Source: Deferribacterales bacterium
GTDB taxonomy: Bacteria > Chrysiogenota > Deferribacteres > Deferribacterales > Geovibrionaceae
Assembly: GCA_050253075.1 (NCBI GenBank)
Contig: JBFWJS010000004.1
Location: forward strand, 213,685-277,684
DNA: 64,000 nucleotides
Reading direction: 5' to 3'
The position numbers were made by a program, and so were the translations under genes. Position 1 is the first letter of the stretch. Every line of letters starts with the position of its first letter. This document shows, in pieces, positions 20,123-30,486 of this stretch. The notes beneath the pieces were generated by a model that saw only the letters and a program-made list of their open reading frames with translations, did no database searches and was not told where the DNA came from.

Positions 20123-20991
20123 GCATCTGCCTCTTCACCGCTAATTATATAGGCGGACTGCTGCTTGCGGAGCTGGACAAACGCAATTTTTATCCTGAGG
20201 TGGTGACATACACCAAAGGATTTCAGAGGACATCTCTGGCAAAGGATCTGGGCAGTTTCCGCAGAGAATTCGCCATGCGGTTCATCGCTTCGAACAGCTA
20301 CCTCACATGTGAGAACCTCCCCGACCTCTCGGGCAAGACCGTCGTGTGCGTGGACTGGACAAAGGACTTTTTCAAAGGCTCTGATGTTCAGGCGGTGTTC
20401 GCACACCCTTCCCTGCTCCCTGCATACAGGGGTTATTCCGCCGTTACGGAGCAGTTTGTCCGAGGCGTGACAGTTAGCGGAGCATCATTTTATAAGCAGT
20501 CGGATAAGGTCGACGGAGGGGACGTCATCCAACGTCAGGATATCCGCATCGACTATCAGGACTATCCTCTGGATTTCCTGAATAAATACGCCTCTGCCTG
20601 TGCGGACTTTATCATAGACATAAACCGCAAGGGTGAAGATGCCTATACCCCCGAACCCCAAAACGAAGAAGAGGCATTCTACCTTCAGCGAAAGCGTGGA
20701 AAGGACTCTATCATCGACTTCAACCGTGACGCATTCAGCCTTTATAACCACATCAGAGGATACAGCAGACCGTTTTTCGGTGCTTATTATATATATAAAG
20801 GTAATAAGGTGGTCGTCTGGAATGCCAGCACAGAGGTTTGGCAGGGGGACTACGGCAAGCCCGGCACGGTTATAAACGTATCCGACGAAGGGGCAGAGAT
20901 AGCCTGCGGAAGCGGAAGCATCACCATCAAAGAAGCCGAGATAAACGGACACATGTATGACGGCTCGAGACTGGGCATATTGGCGGAATAA
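20119..20991 (+). CDS. Formyltransferase-family protein (Fmt/ArnA-like, both domains)
   Basis: HPSLLPAYRG, VDGGDVI, YNHIRG..PFFGA, and a PGTV...ACGSG C-terminal domain. Confidence 0.85.
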   Translation: MSICLFTANYIGGLLLAELDKRNFYPEVVTYTKGFQRTSLAKDLGSFRREFAMRFIASNSYLTCENLPDLSGKTVVCVDWTKDFFKGSDVQAVFAHPSLLPAYRGYSAVTEQFVRGVTVSGASFYKQSDKVDGGDVIQRQDIRIDYQDYPLDFLNKYASACADFIIDINRKGEDAYTPEPQNEEEAFYLQRKRGKDSIIDFNRDAFSLYNHIRGYSRPFFGAYYIYKGNKVVVWNASTEVWQGDYGKPGTVINVSDEGAEIACGSGSITIKEAEINGHMYDGSRLGILAE

Positions 20992-21006
20992 GGCTTGAAA
21001 TATTAA

Positions 21007-21095
21007 GTCATTGCGAACATGCGTGAAGCAATCTTAGGATTTATACAAGCCCTAAGACTGCCGCGTCAGAGCCAAGCCTCTTCCTCGCAGTGACG
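21007..21095. repeat. CGTC-type palindromic repeat, copy 2 (GTCATTGCGA variant)
   Basis: GTCATTGCGA...GAAGCAATCT ... AGACTGCCGC...CTCGCAGTGACG. Confidence 0.7.
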
Positions 21096-21110
21096 GGAAA
21101 ATATGGAAAC

Positions 21111-21137
21111 AAAAAAGGCGGCCCGAAAGCCGCCTTT
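21111..21137 (-). terminator. Terminator of the pilin gene
   Basis: AAAAAAGGCGGC-CCGAAA-GCCGCCTTT. Confidence 0.8.
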
Positions 21138-21159
21138 ATATTTTAAACTAGATTATTGA

Positions 21160-21714
21160 TTAGTCCAGCTGTATGCAAATCTTGTAAGATGCTCCAGCAG
21201 TAGCGTAATCATCAGTAGCAGCAGCAGTACCTGTTGTTGCACCTCTAATGGTTCCTGTATCAGATATACCGTCATCAAATGTAGTGTCGAAGCGTAATGC
21301 ATCAGTAGCATTTATACCTGTAAAGCAAACTGCGTTTTTAGTAAAACCGTAGAGAACTGACTCCACACTGATGTCTCCGCCATATGTATGAGTAGGAAGA
21401 GTTGTGCCGTCAGGACCTGAATAAAATCCGTTTGCAGTAACATCTGCCCAGAACTGAGTTGATTCTGATCCGGAGCCGACAGTAACACCTGTCTCTATCA
21501 AGCTGTCATTATCGCCTGCATTGTCTCCAGGAAGCTGATTGAATCTATCATAGTAGCCGAATGTGGCATACTCAACCTGCTGAAATTCTCTGTAAAGACC
21601 TTTTACTTTTGCGCTGTTTACAAGTTCCTGACCTTTGATAACTCCGCCGAGAATAACACCGATAATAACGAGTACTATCGCAAGCTCGACGAGTGTAAAA
21701 CCTTTCTGGTTCAT
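21160..21714 (-). CDS. Type IV pilin/pseudopilin (prepilin N-methylation domain)
   Basis: MNQKG|FTLVELAIVLVIIG class III signal with E5; C-terminal Cys pair. Confidence 0.92.
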   Translation of the reverse strand: MNQKGFTLVELAIVLVIIGVILGGVIKGQELVNSAKVKGLYREFQQVEYATFGYYDRFNQLPGDNAGDNDSLIETGVTVGSGSESTQFWADVTANGFYSGPDGTTLPTHTYGGDISVESVLYGFTKNAVCFTGINATDALRFDTTFDDGISDTGTIRGATTGTAAATDDYATAGASYKICIQLD

Positions 21715-21814
21715 ACATCCCCTCCGTATGAATAAATTTTCTATATACTTTGATTATCGTACAAATCTTGTATATGTCAACATGGAAAATGTTTTTACAT
21801 TACTTCTGCATTTT

Positions 21815-22303
21815 TCAGAAAAGGTAGCCTACTTCCAGATAGATAGCGAAGAAGCCCGCTCCCATTTTTGTAAATGTGCCGATGAACCTGCCGAAGAGGA
21901 CACCCTTCGCCTTTTCCCTCGCACGGGGCCAGCTCGCTCCTGTGGCCAGTTCGTAGCCGAGCGTACCTAAATATGCACCGAGGAACGTACCCAAAACAGC
22001 ACCAAGCCCCATAAAGAGCGGAGCGAAAAGTATACCCATAACGATGGCACAAATGATGGAAAACCAAAGGCCTTTGGAAGATATGCCGTAGCGTTTGCCT
22101 ATCACAAATGAGGAGTAAAACTCCGCCGCTTCCCCTGCGATGATGATGATAAGCACGGATATGAACAGCTTCAGCCCGATGTATCCGCTGAGAAACATGA
22201 TGAGCGGAAATATAAGCGAGATAAACCCGCCCGGCAGACCTACAATATTTGTAAGAACAGCAACGGACTGCAGCCCGATGAGAATATATTTAATAGTTTC
22301 CAT
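21815..22303 (-). CDS. DUF456-like inner membrane protein
   Basis: Hydrophobic; GLPG, KRYGxS, GAVLGTFLGAYLG pattern. Confidence 0.75.
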   Translation of the reverse strand: METIKYILIGLQSVAVLTNIVGLPGGFISLIFPLIMFLSGYIGLKLFISVLIIIIAGEAAEFYSSFVIGKRYGISSKGLWFSIICAIVMGILFAPLFMGLGAVLGTFLGAYLGTLGYELATGASWPRAREKAKGVLFGRFIGTFTKMGAGFFAIYLEVGYLF

Positions 22304-22339
22304 ATGGCATTTTACACGGAAAATCATTAAAATCAAATC

Positions 22340-22981
22340 ATGTTAACAAAGGATTTTTTTCATCGTGATGCGATGCTTGTGGCGAAGGAACTGCTCGGCA
22401 AAGTCATCCGTAAAAAGCACGGCGGGGTCATGCTCTCCGCCATGATAGTCGAGACCGAGTGCTACTACCTCAGCGACAAAGGGAGCCATGCATCGCTCGG
22501 CTATACGGAAAAGCGGAAAGCGCTCTTCATGGATGGCGGTACAATATATATGTACTATGCCAGAGGGAAAGATTCGCTGAATATCAGCAGTATGGGCGAA
22601 GGGAACGCAGTGCTCATAAAGGGCGCAATACCATACACGGACGAGATCAGCCCGCCCGAAACCATAAACATAATGCAGGCGAACAACCCCATGCCCGACG
22701 GAAGCAGGCGGGACGTGAAAAGGCTCTGCTCGGGGCAGACACTGCTGTGTACATCACTGGGGCTGAAGCTGACCGACTGGGACGGGAAGCAGTTCGCCGA
22801 GGGCGAATTTTACCTCGAAGATGTAGACTATACCCCAGAAAAGATAATACAGACCACACGACTCGGCATTCCAAAGGGGCGTGACGAAGACCTGCCGTAT
22901 CGGTTCGTAAGCTATGATCATGCCGACAGGTGCACATCAAACCCTCTGACAAAAAGAGAAAAGAACTATATAATCATATGA
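22340..22981 (+). CDS. mpg: DNA-3-methyladenine glycosylase (AAG/MPG family)
   Basis: VAKELLGK, IVETECY, SHAS, YMYY, AVLI, TTRLGI. Confidence 0.9.
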   Translation: MLTKDFFHRDAMLVAKELLGKVIRKKHGGVMLSAMIVETECYYLSDKGSHASLGYTEKRKALFMDGGTIYMYYARGKDSLNISSMGEGNAVLIKGAIPYTDEISPPETINIMQANNPMPDGSRRDVKRLCSGQTLLCTSLGLKLTDWDGKQFAEGEFYLEDVDYTPEKIIQTTRLGIPKGRDEDLPYRFVSYDHADRCTSNPLTKREKNYIII

Positions 22982-23643
22982 TGAAACTGCCGAAGATATT
23001 CCGAAAAAAAACACTTAATGATGCCGTTGAGTACCTCGACAAAGGGAAAGTGAATAAAGCGCTGAAGGTGCTGAATGCGAACCTGCACGACAAAAACGCA
23101 TGCGCCATGCTCGCACACATGTATGAGCACGGCAGCGGTGTGCCGAAGAATATAAAAAAGGCTCTACAGATGTATATACGTGCGGCGAAGCTGGGCTCTG
23201 CGGAGGCGAAATACCTGCTGGGCACATTCTTCAGCAGCGGAACATACATAGAGAGAAGCACGGAAAAGGCTTTTATTTTTTACAAAGAAGCCGCAGACGG
23301 CGGGATGCCGGAGGCACAGTATAAGACAGGGCTTTTCTATCTTTTCGGTTATCTGGGGAATAAGGATCTGGACATGGCTTTCAGATATTTCGAAATGGGG
23401 GCAAAGCAGGGACACGCAAAATCCCAAAACAGACTTGGGCTCCTCTATGCAGGGGGCAGAGGCACGCTGAAATCAGACGAAGATGCCGTATACTGGTACC
23501 GCAAAGCAGCAGAGCAGGGACACGGCGAAGCCATGTATAACCTCGGCTGTATGCTGACAGGCGGACGTGGCGGAAAGCGTGATAACAAAGAAGCCCTGAA
23601 ATGGTTCAATATGGCTGCAAAGGTTTACAACGCCATGCCCTGA
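22978..23643 (+). CDS. Sel1-repeat protein
   Basis: Repeated AxyxLGxxYxxGxG...AAEQG. Confidence 0.92.
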   Translation: MMKLPKIFRKKTLNDAVEYLDKGKVNKALKVLNANLHDKNACAMLAHMYEHGSGVPKNIKKALQMYIRAAKLGSAEAKYLLGTFFSSGTYIERSTEKAFIFYKEAADGGMPEAQYKTGLFYLFGYLGNKDLDMAFRYFEMGAKQGHAKSQNRLGLLYAGGRGTLKSDEDAVYWYRKAAEQGHGEAMYNLGCMLTGGRGGKRDNKEALKWFNMAAKVYNAMP

Positions 23644-23849
23644 ATCTTTGCCAGCAGATCGTCCTCATCCGGGAAGACACCCGTCTGCTTCTTAGAATAA
23701 ATGAGCTCTCCGTTCACACTTATCTCAAACACACCGCCGGAGCCTCTTATCAGCTCCACATTTTTTCCTGTTAGTTTTTTGATCTTCTCTGCGACACGCG
23801 CAGCTCTCGGCTGATAGTTTCACATTCCGCAGTATTCTATCTTGATCAT
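23625..23849 (-). CDS. Rdx/SelW/SelT-family selenoprotein (CxxU), 74 aa; TGA at 23822-23820 read as Sec
   Basis: MIKIEYCGMUNYQPRAARVAEKIKKLTGKNVELIRGSGGVFEISVNGELIYSKKQTGVFPDEDDLLAKIQGMAL; GGGGG RBS; Rdx motifs YCxxU, GxFEI, SKKxxGxFP. Missed by the ORF track. Confidence 0.92.
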
Positions 23850-24005
23850 ATTACCCCCTGTTTCAAGTATTTACATATCATACACCTTAGATATTTTCCC
23901 AACAATCGAACTTTTTGACGTTTAGATTGTTAAATTCTTGTAATAACAGTTCTTTGCAAACATACATAACATTGCGTATAAAATAACGGTAGGATATACT
24001 CTTCT

Positions 24006-26081
24006 ATGGATAGATTATTAACATTATCTCGAATCACAATACTTGTAATAGCCTTTATCACAGTATCCTGCGGGCAGTCGGCCAATAATGAAGACGGAGC
24101 AGCAACGCCTATTATCATGCACCTCGGCATGAATATGGGCAAAGACAGCGTCATGTATGAGGCGGCAGAGCTTTTAAAGCAGTCGATAGCAAAAGATACC
24201 GGGGGAAAGGTTCAGCTTCAGATACACCCTTCGCAGGCGCTGGGCAATGATCAGCAGATGGTGGAGATGTGCATCACGGGCAGGCTGGACATGGCGATCA
24301 TCCCAACGGCTAAAATAAGCTACATTGCGCCTTCATTCTCATTCTTTGATCTGCCTTTTTATCTGCCTGAGCGGGAGGACGTTTATACGCTCCTAGACGG
24401 TGAGTTCGGAGATCTGCTCATGAGCAGGCTCGAGCCATTCGGACTGAAAGGCATCACGGTGTGGGAGAACGGATTCAAGCAGTTCACCGCAAACACGCCT
24501 CTGAAGATCCCCGAAGACTATGAGGGACAGGTCTTCCGCATTATGAATAATCCGGTGATATATGACCAGTTCAGAGCACTGGGCGCACAGCCCGTGCCCA
24601 TAGATTTTTATAAGACCCTGTCGGCTCTGAAAGACGGCGCAGTAGACGGTCAGGAAAACCCAATCAGCGCCATATACCACATGAATTTTTATAGATATCA
24701 GAAGTATCTGACTGTGAGTAACCATGCCTATCTCGGATATGTCTTTATAATGAGCTCCTCCGCCCTAGACAAACTGACGCCAGAGGAGAGAGAACTCGTG
24801 ACATCCAGAATAAAAAGCCTGACACCGTATCAGAGAAACAGGATACTTCTGGATGAAAGCGGTCAGCTCGAAGACATCATCGAAAGCGGTGTCACGGTGA
24901 ATTACCTCACGCAGGAAGACAAACAGTTATTTGACAAAAAGTTATTTGAACTGAGGAATAAATACTGGACGCTAATAGGCGACGACCTGATGAACATAGC
25001 CGACGATTATCTCTCGGCAAAATATGACAGGCACAACAGCGACACATACGCAATAGGCATATCCGTTCCTCTGACAGGATTCAAAGCTCAGGTGGGACAG
25101 GCAGTGCTGACAGGCATGCAGATGGCCGTGGAGGAGATAAACCGTAACGGCGGAATAAAAGGAAAGATGCTCCGCATAGTACAGCTGGACAACAAGAACA
25201 GCGACGAAATACATATGAAAAATCTGGAAATACTCAGCAAATATAAAAATCTGCTTGGGATATATGCAGGCGAATCCCCTGAAAGAACCGCAGCGGGGAT
25301 AGAGTACGCATCCTCTGCGGGGATACCGTTCATCTCTGCCATACATCCGCCTTCGGAAGGGTATAAAGAAAACCCGCTGGTTTTCAGCATAACAGGCAGG
25401 CTGGACGACATAGCAGACGCCATAGCGACTGAGTCGTTACTGACATCGAAGAAGTCTGCGATAATAACCGTGAACGACCACAGTGCCTCCACAATTGCCG
25501 AAAAGATATTCATGAAACTGAACCGGAAGGACGCACCGCCTATCATACTTAAACAGTTCGCCATTGCGGAAGACAGCTTTATGCCGATGATAAGCGAGCT
25601 TAGCTCTCTGGGTGTGGAAAATGTTATTTATGTGGGTTCTTCGATGGAGTTGATAACTTTTATCAACGCAGCCAAAACACTAGGTAAGTCATTCAGAATA
25701 ATAGCAAATAACAGCATTTGCGGTAATGCCGCATTCAAAGAACTGGTTGATATTTCAAAAGGAATGGATGTAAAGTATCTAGTTCCGATTAATATGGAAA
25801 CTATTAATAATAAGAAACTTAACGAAGTATATAACCAATGCACGATGTGCCCACAGGACTATGATATCCCGCCGATATCACTGAACACATACGACATCAC
25901 CATGATGCTGGCAAAGGCTGCCGAACGATCTGAGCAGACAGACAGCAAAAGCATTGTAAAAAACCTGTCGGAGACTGAGTCTTTCGACGGAATAGCAAAG
26001 AAATACACAAGGCCCTTCGGCGGAGAAATAAAAGAAGCCGTTACTAAAAATGATTTAGGATTTAGAACAATCGGAGATTAA
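24006..26081 (+). CDS. Lipoprotein fusing a TRAP DctP-type binding domain to a LivJ/PBP1-type binding domain
   Basis: Lipobox VSC; DctP motifs (FDLPF, WENGFKQFT, GAVDGQENP) in the N-half; IGISVPLTG...GMQMAVEEINRNGGIKG in the C-half. Confidence 0.85.
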   Translation: MDRLLTLSRITILVIAFITVSCGQSANNEDGAATPIIMHLGMNMGKDSVMYEAAELLKQSIAKDTGGKVQLQIHPSQALGNDQQMVEMCITGRLDMAIIPTAKISYIAPSFSFFDLPFYLPEREDVYTLLDGEFGDLLMSRLEPFGLKGITVWENGFKQFTANTPLKIPEDYEGQVFRIMNNPVIYDQFRALGAQPVPIDFYKTLSALKDGAVDGQENPISAIYHMNFYRYQKYLTVSNHAYLGYVFIMSSSALDKLTPEERELVTSRIKSLTPYQRNRILLDESGQLEDIIESGVTVNYLTQEDKQLFDKKLFELRNKYWTLIGDDLMNIADDYLSAKYDRHNSDTYAIGISVPLTGFKAQVGQAVLTGMQMAVEEINRNGGIKGKMLRIVQLDNKNSDEIHMKNLEILSKYKNLLGIYAGESPERTAAGIEYASSAGIPFISAIHPPSEGYKENPLVFSITGRLDDIADAIATESLLTSKKSAIITVNDHSASTIAEKIFMKLNRKDAPPIILKQFAIAEDSFMPMISELSSLGVENVIYVGSSMELITFINAAKTLGKSFRIIANNSICGNAAFKELVDISKGMDVKYLVPINMETINNKKLNEVYNQCTMCPQDYDIPPISLNTYDITMMLAKAAERSEQTDSKSIVKNLSETESFDGIAKKYTRPFGGEIKEAVTKNDLGFRTIGD

Positions 26082-29000
26082 ATGATCCGCAAAAGAAACA
26101 ATCTTAAGATAAGACTTATCGTTAAGATAACATCCCTGATAGCCGTCACCACAATACTTATGATCGCTATCACCGGGGTGGTAACATATTATAAATTTGA
26201 CTCTCAGGTAAGAACCAACCTGGAGTATGTTCAGTCTGACATCCTGCAGGATGTTGAGAACAGAGTGCAGTACCTCATGGAGACTGCGCACAATTTCAGC
26301 AATAACAATCTCGTCGTCAGCGGCGTTATAGACGAAAAGCACCGCACTATGTATCTGCCGAAGATGCTGAACGAGCTCTCCTCAAACATGGGGATAGCAT
26401 TCGCCGTCATATACGACTTCGCAGGGAACCCCATAGCAGACAGCAACTCTGTCGTCACCAGCATATTCGAAGAGAAAGACGTGCGCTACACCCTCATAAA
26501 CGGCTCCACCCACATCGCATATAACAGAGGCTACATACTGGTTTACAACCCTGTGATGTTTTACAACACGCCTCAGGCTGTGACAGCTATCGCAGTGGAC
26601 CTTAAGACCATCTTTTACCGTATGTGCAGCCACACCAGAAACACATCGATCAGCCTCTTTCTGAATAATGAAGAGATAGCAAACTTCGGATATACAGAGG
26701 GGAAGACATACCGTGTCGGCGAGATAAAGCGTTACAAAGAGCTGACGGCTCTCTACAACCTTAACATAGGCATAAGATACAGCCCGACCATAGAGATGTT
26801 CTTCAGACCTGTGACAGAGGTTCTCCTTCCGCTCCTTCTGATCGGTACACTTTTCATATTTGTCGCTGTCATGGCGGGGCTTAAGCTCGCACGTGACATA
26901 TCCGAGCCTATATTGGAGCTGGTGAACAGAGTGAACGCCATAGCACCGGGAGAGAAATCAAACTGCGCACCTCTGGGCACAGACGACGAACTCGAAGTGC
27001 TGGCATACGCATTCGACGAAAAAACGGAAGAGCTGACAAACGCTCAGGCGATGCTGAAGGCATACTCTGACGAACTGCGGGTGTCAAACACCGAGCTGGA
27101 AAAGCGTGTAAACGAAAGGACAGAAGAGCTCGTACACGCCAAAGAGCGTGCAGAAGCGGCGAATGTTATGAAGAGCCAGTTCCTCGCAAACATGAGCCAC
27201 GAAATACGCACGCCGATGAACGCCATACTAGGCTTCAATCAGCTCCTGTCGAAAACAGACCCGAATGAGAAACAGCTCGAGTATGTAAACAAAACATATC
27301 AGGCAGCACACCACCTCCTCGGGATCATAAACGACATTCTGGATATTACAAAGATAGAGTCAGGAATGATGACCATCGAAAAGACCACATTCCACCTCTT
27401 TGACATGCTGAACAACGTGAAGCAGATCATAAAACCGAAGGCCGATGAAAAAGGCCTTACATTTAACATGTATTTTCAGACGGACATGCCCGCACACTAT
27501 GCGGGAGACCCGCTCCGCATAGGACAGATACTCATAAACCTGATAACAAACGCAGTGAAATTCACCGACAGCGGAAGCGTAACCGTGAACCTCTCTGCGG
27601 AGAATCAGGATGAAGATACCGTAATGCTCCGCTTCGCCATAATAGACTCCGGCATAGGTATGAGCAGGAAAACGGTAGATAAGCTGTTCAAGCCTTTCCA
27701 GCAGGCCGAGAGCTCCACAGCGAGGAAATACGGCGGCACAGGGCTCGGGCTTTCCATCAGCAGACAGCTCGCAAAGCTGATGGGCGGTTCAATATCCGTT
27801 GAGAGCACCGAGGGGAAAGGGAGTACATTCACCCTTACTATCCCGCTGGAACACGTGCTGAGAGAAGACCGCACAGACATGCTCCACTTCCCTAATACAA
27901 AAGTGCTGGCTGTCGGATTCAATAAAGAAAACGATAGTTTCATCAATTATATAAGCAGCCTTGTAGGCACAATGGACGTATGCTGCGATACTGAGAGCGG
28001 ATGCGGATATGTGGATGCCATAATGGCGAGAGACTCCCACTATAACCTTGTCTTTGTAAACGACCTGAACGATGTAACGGAACACGCCCTGCAAAAGCTG
28101 GAAAAGATGACCGGCAGGTTCGGCAGGATATATGTCGCCCTCATGAAAAGACCTGAGAATCTGGAAGAGATCGAAAGCAGCTACCCTTCCATAATATTCA
28201 ACGTAGTATCGCCTCAGATGGAGACATCAGAGATACTGAACCTCATATACAACAGCTCGTCAGAGATAACAAAGATAGCCCCTGAGCTGGTTATAAAGAC
28301 CGCTCCGGATATGCTGACGATGGACAAGCGCATACTTGTGGTCGAGGATAACGAGGTAAACAGGCAGATACTTCAGGAACTGCTGAAACATGCGGGCATT
28401 TCATCCAAAGCGCTGAACAACGGCGCAGAGGCCGTGGAGCATCTTTCCGACCCGGATAATGCAAGGAAATACAGCCTCGTCTTCATGGATATACAGATGC
28501 CTGTAATGGACGGATATCAGGCAGCAGACGCCCTTATGAGACTGCCTCACATGAAGGCTCTGCCGATAGTTGCGCTCACGGCCGACGCTGTGGACGAAAG
28601 CCTGAAAAGAGCCAAAGAAGTGGGCATGACCGGCTATATAACAAAGCCTTATTCCCTTAATAAGATACTCGAGGCAATCGGCAAATGGTCTAAGATAAAA
28701 GTTGTCTACCATGAAGCAGATAAGCAAACATCCGAAGATAATTCAGCCATATACGGCATAGATAAAAAGAAATGGTTCGACTCATACGCAGAGGATGAAG
28801 AGCTCTTCAACGAGGCTCTCCATATATTCTCTGAACACAGCTGTCAGGACACACGGCACGCTCTGGATCTCATCATAGAAGGCAAGCTGGATGAAGCCAG
28901 AAGGAAGACGCACAGCTTTGTCGGTGCAGCGGGTGCATGCTGTCTCACAGACGGATATATAATGGTGAAGGAACTGGACAACGACCTCACAAACGGCTCC

Positions 29001-29330
29001 GAAGATATAGCCTCACTTGTGAAAAAGGCTGAGAAACTTGAGGAAGAAGTCTCGAAAGTAACCGCTGCTATAAAGACTTACCTAGCAAACATAAAAACTG
29101 AAACCAAAGCAGGTTCAAGTACGAAGCCAGACCCTGAGATGCTGACAAAATTGATTGTTCTCCTGGAAGACGGAGACATTGAAGCAAGGAAATTTTTCTC
29201 TAACAATAAAGATGCACTTACTGTATACTTAGACTCGAAATCTCTTAAAGCATTGGAGAGCAACATCTCTTCATTCAATTTCAACGAGGCGCTGGAGATT
29301 TTGAAAAAGAACCTGAACAACGAGGGATGA
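26082..29330 (+). CDS. Hybrid sensor histidine kinase (periplasmic domain, HAMP, HisKA, HATPase, REC, Hpt)
   Basis: [48 protein letters not shown]. Confidence 0.95.
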   Translation: MIRKRNNLKIRLIVKITSLIAVTTILMIAITGVVTYYKFDSQVRTNLEYVQSDILQDVENRVQYLMETAHNFSNNNLVVSGVIDEKHRTMYLPKMLNELSSNMGIAFAVIYDFAGNPIADSNSVVTSIFEEKDVRYTLINGSTHIAYNRGYILVYNPVMFYNTPQAVTAIAVDLKTIFYRMCSHTRNTSISLFLNNEEIANFGYTEGKTYRVGEIKRYKELTALYNLNIGIRYSPTIEMFFRPVTEVLLPLLLIGTLFIFVAVMAGLKLARDISEPILELVNRVNAIAPGEKSNCAPLGTDDELEVLAYAFDEKTEELTNAQAMLKAYSDELRVSNTELEKRVNERTEELVHAKERAEAANVMKSQFLANMSHEIRTPMNAILGFNQLLSKTDPNEKQLEYVNKTYQAAHHLLGIINDILDITKIESGMMTIEKTTFHLFDMLNNVKQIIKPKADEKGLTFNMYFQTDMPAHYAGDPLRIGQILINLITNAVKFTDSGSVTVNLSAENQDEDTVMLRFAIIDSGIGMSRKTVDKLFKPFQQAESSTARKYGGTGLGLSISRQLAKLMGGSISVESTEGKGSTFTLTIPLEHVLREDRTDMLHFPNTKVLAVGFNKENDSFINYISSLVGTMDVCCDTESGCGYVDAIMARDSHYNLVFVNDLNDVTEHALQKLEKMTGRFGRIYVALMKRPENLEEIESSYPSIIFNVVSPQMETSEILNLIYNSSSEITKIAPELVIKTAPDMLTMDKRILVVEDNEVNRQILQELLKHAGISSKALNNGAEAVEHLSDPDNARKYSLVFMDIQMPVMDGYQAADALMRLPHMKALPIVALTADAVDESLKRAKEVGMTGYITKPYSLNKILEAIGKWSKIKVVYHEADKQTSEDNSAIYGIDKKKWFDSYAEDEELFNEALHIFSEHSCQDTRHALDLIIEGKLDEARRKTHSFVGAAGACCLTDGYIMVKELDNDLTNGSEDIASLVKKAEKLEEEVSKVTAAIKTYLANIKTETKAGSSTKPDPEMLTKLIVLLEDGDIEARKFFSNNKDALTVYLDSKSLKALESNISSFNFNEALEILKKNLNNEG

Positions 29331-29331
29331 T

Positions 29332-30402
29332 GTGCCTAGAGTATTGATCATCGACGATACCCCCGAAAATCTGATGATACTGGCGGAAGCCCTGCAGGAA
29401 GACTATGCGGTGAGCGCCGCAAACTCTGCAAAGTCAGCACTGAAGCTTCTGGATAAAGGGCTCGAATTCGACCTCATCCTCTCAGACGTCATGATGCCGG
29501 AGATCAGCGGATACGATTTCCTCGAGATCATAAGCAGACGTGAAGACTGTAAGGGGATCCCCGTGATGTTCCTCACTGCCTTGTCGGATAATAAAGACGA
29601 ATACAAAGGGCTCTCGCTGGGCGCTGTGGATTATGTCACAAAGCCCATAAACATCCCCCTGCTGAAAGCAAGGATAAAGAACCACATCGCACACAAGATG
29701 CTGCGGGACAACCTCGAAAAAGAAGTGCGCGAACGCACCGAGCAGGTAGTTTTCTCCCAGCAGATACTCATAGAGGGGCTCGGCACCCTGGCCGAATTCC
29801 GTGACCCTGAAACAGGCGAACACATTAAGCGCACTCAGCTTTATGTACGCTTGGTCGCCGACTATCTCCGCACAGAAAATCCGAAGTATAAAGACATAAT
29901 ATCCGAGGACGATGTCGCAACAATGTTCCGTGCAGCCCCCCTGCACGACATAGGCAAAGTCGGCATATCAGACTCAATCCTTTTAAAGGAAGGCCCTCTC
30001 ACACAGGAAGAATTCGAAAAGATGAAGCACCATACCCTTTACGGATTCGCCGCACTCAGAAAAATACATCTGAAAAACCCGGACAACAACCTTGTGAGAA
30101 CAGGGATGGACATAGCACTAAACCACCATGAGAAATGGGACGGCTCCGGCTACCCGCAGGGCGCATCAGGCGAAGAGATACCCCTTTCAGCCAGAATAAT
30201 GGCGGTATCAGACATATACGATGCACTCCGCAGCGCCAGACCGTACAAGCCCGCATTCGAACACGACAGATGCGTCAGCATCATAACCGAAGGGGACGGC
30301 AGGACAGAGCCTTCGCATTTTGACCCTGATGTTCTAGACGCTTTTAAGGCTATAAAAGATAAATTCTACACAATTTCCGTAGAGTATGCCGATAAAAATT
30401 AG
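29332..30402 (+). CDS. REC-HD-GYP response regulator (RpfG-like c-di-GMP phosphodiesterase)
   Basis: SDVMMP receiver, RDPETGEH, LHDIGK, HHEKWDGSGYP, RPYK. Confidence 0.95.
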   Translation: MPRVLIIDDTPENLMILAEALQEDYAVSAANSAKSALKLLDKGLEFDLILSDVMMPEISGYDFLEIISRREDCKGIPVMFLTALSDNKDEYKGLSLGAVDYVTKPINIPLLKARIKNHIAHKMLRDNLEKEVRERTEQVVFSQQILIEGLGTLAEFRDPETGEHIKRTQLYVRLVADYLRTENPKYKDIISEDDVATMFRAAPLHDIGKVGISDSILLKEGPLTQEEFEKMKHHTLYGFAALRKIHLKNPDNNLVRTGMDIALNHHEKWDGSGYPQGASGEEIPLSARIMAVSDIYDALRSARPYKPAFEHDRCVSIITEGDGRTEPSHFDPDVLDAFKAIKDKFYTISVEYADKN

Positions 30403-30486
30403 ACACAAAAACATTTACAATATCTCTTAACTATTTTATTAAACTTTAAAACAATATTGTGTTAATGTTTATTAACAAAGGTGCTT

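Noticed and set aside
21160..21714. Electrically conductive pilin
   Set aside because: There is no aromatic residue between F1 and Y36, so the Geobacter PilA F24/Y27 positions are missing, and aromatic-content rules are weak predictors.
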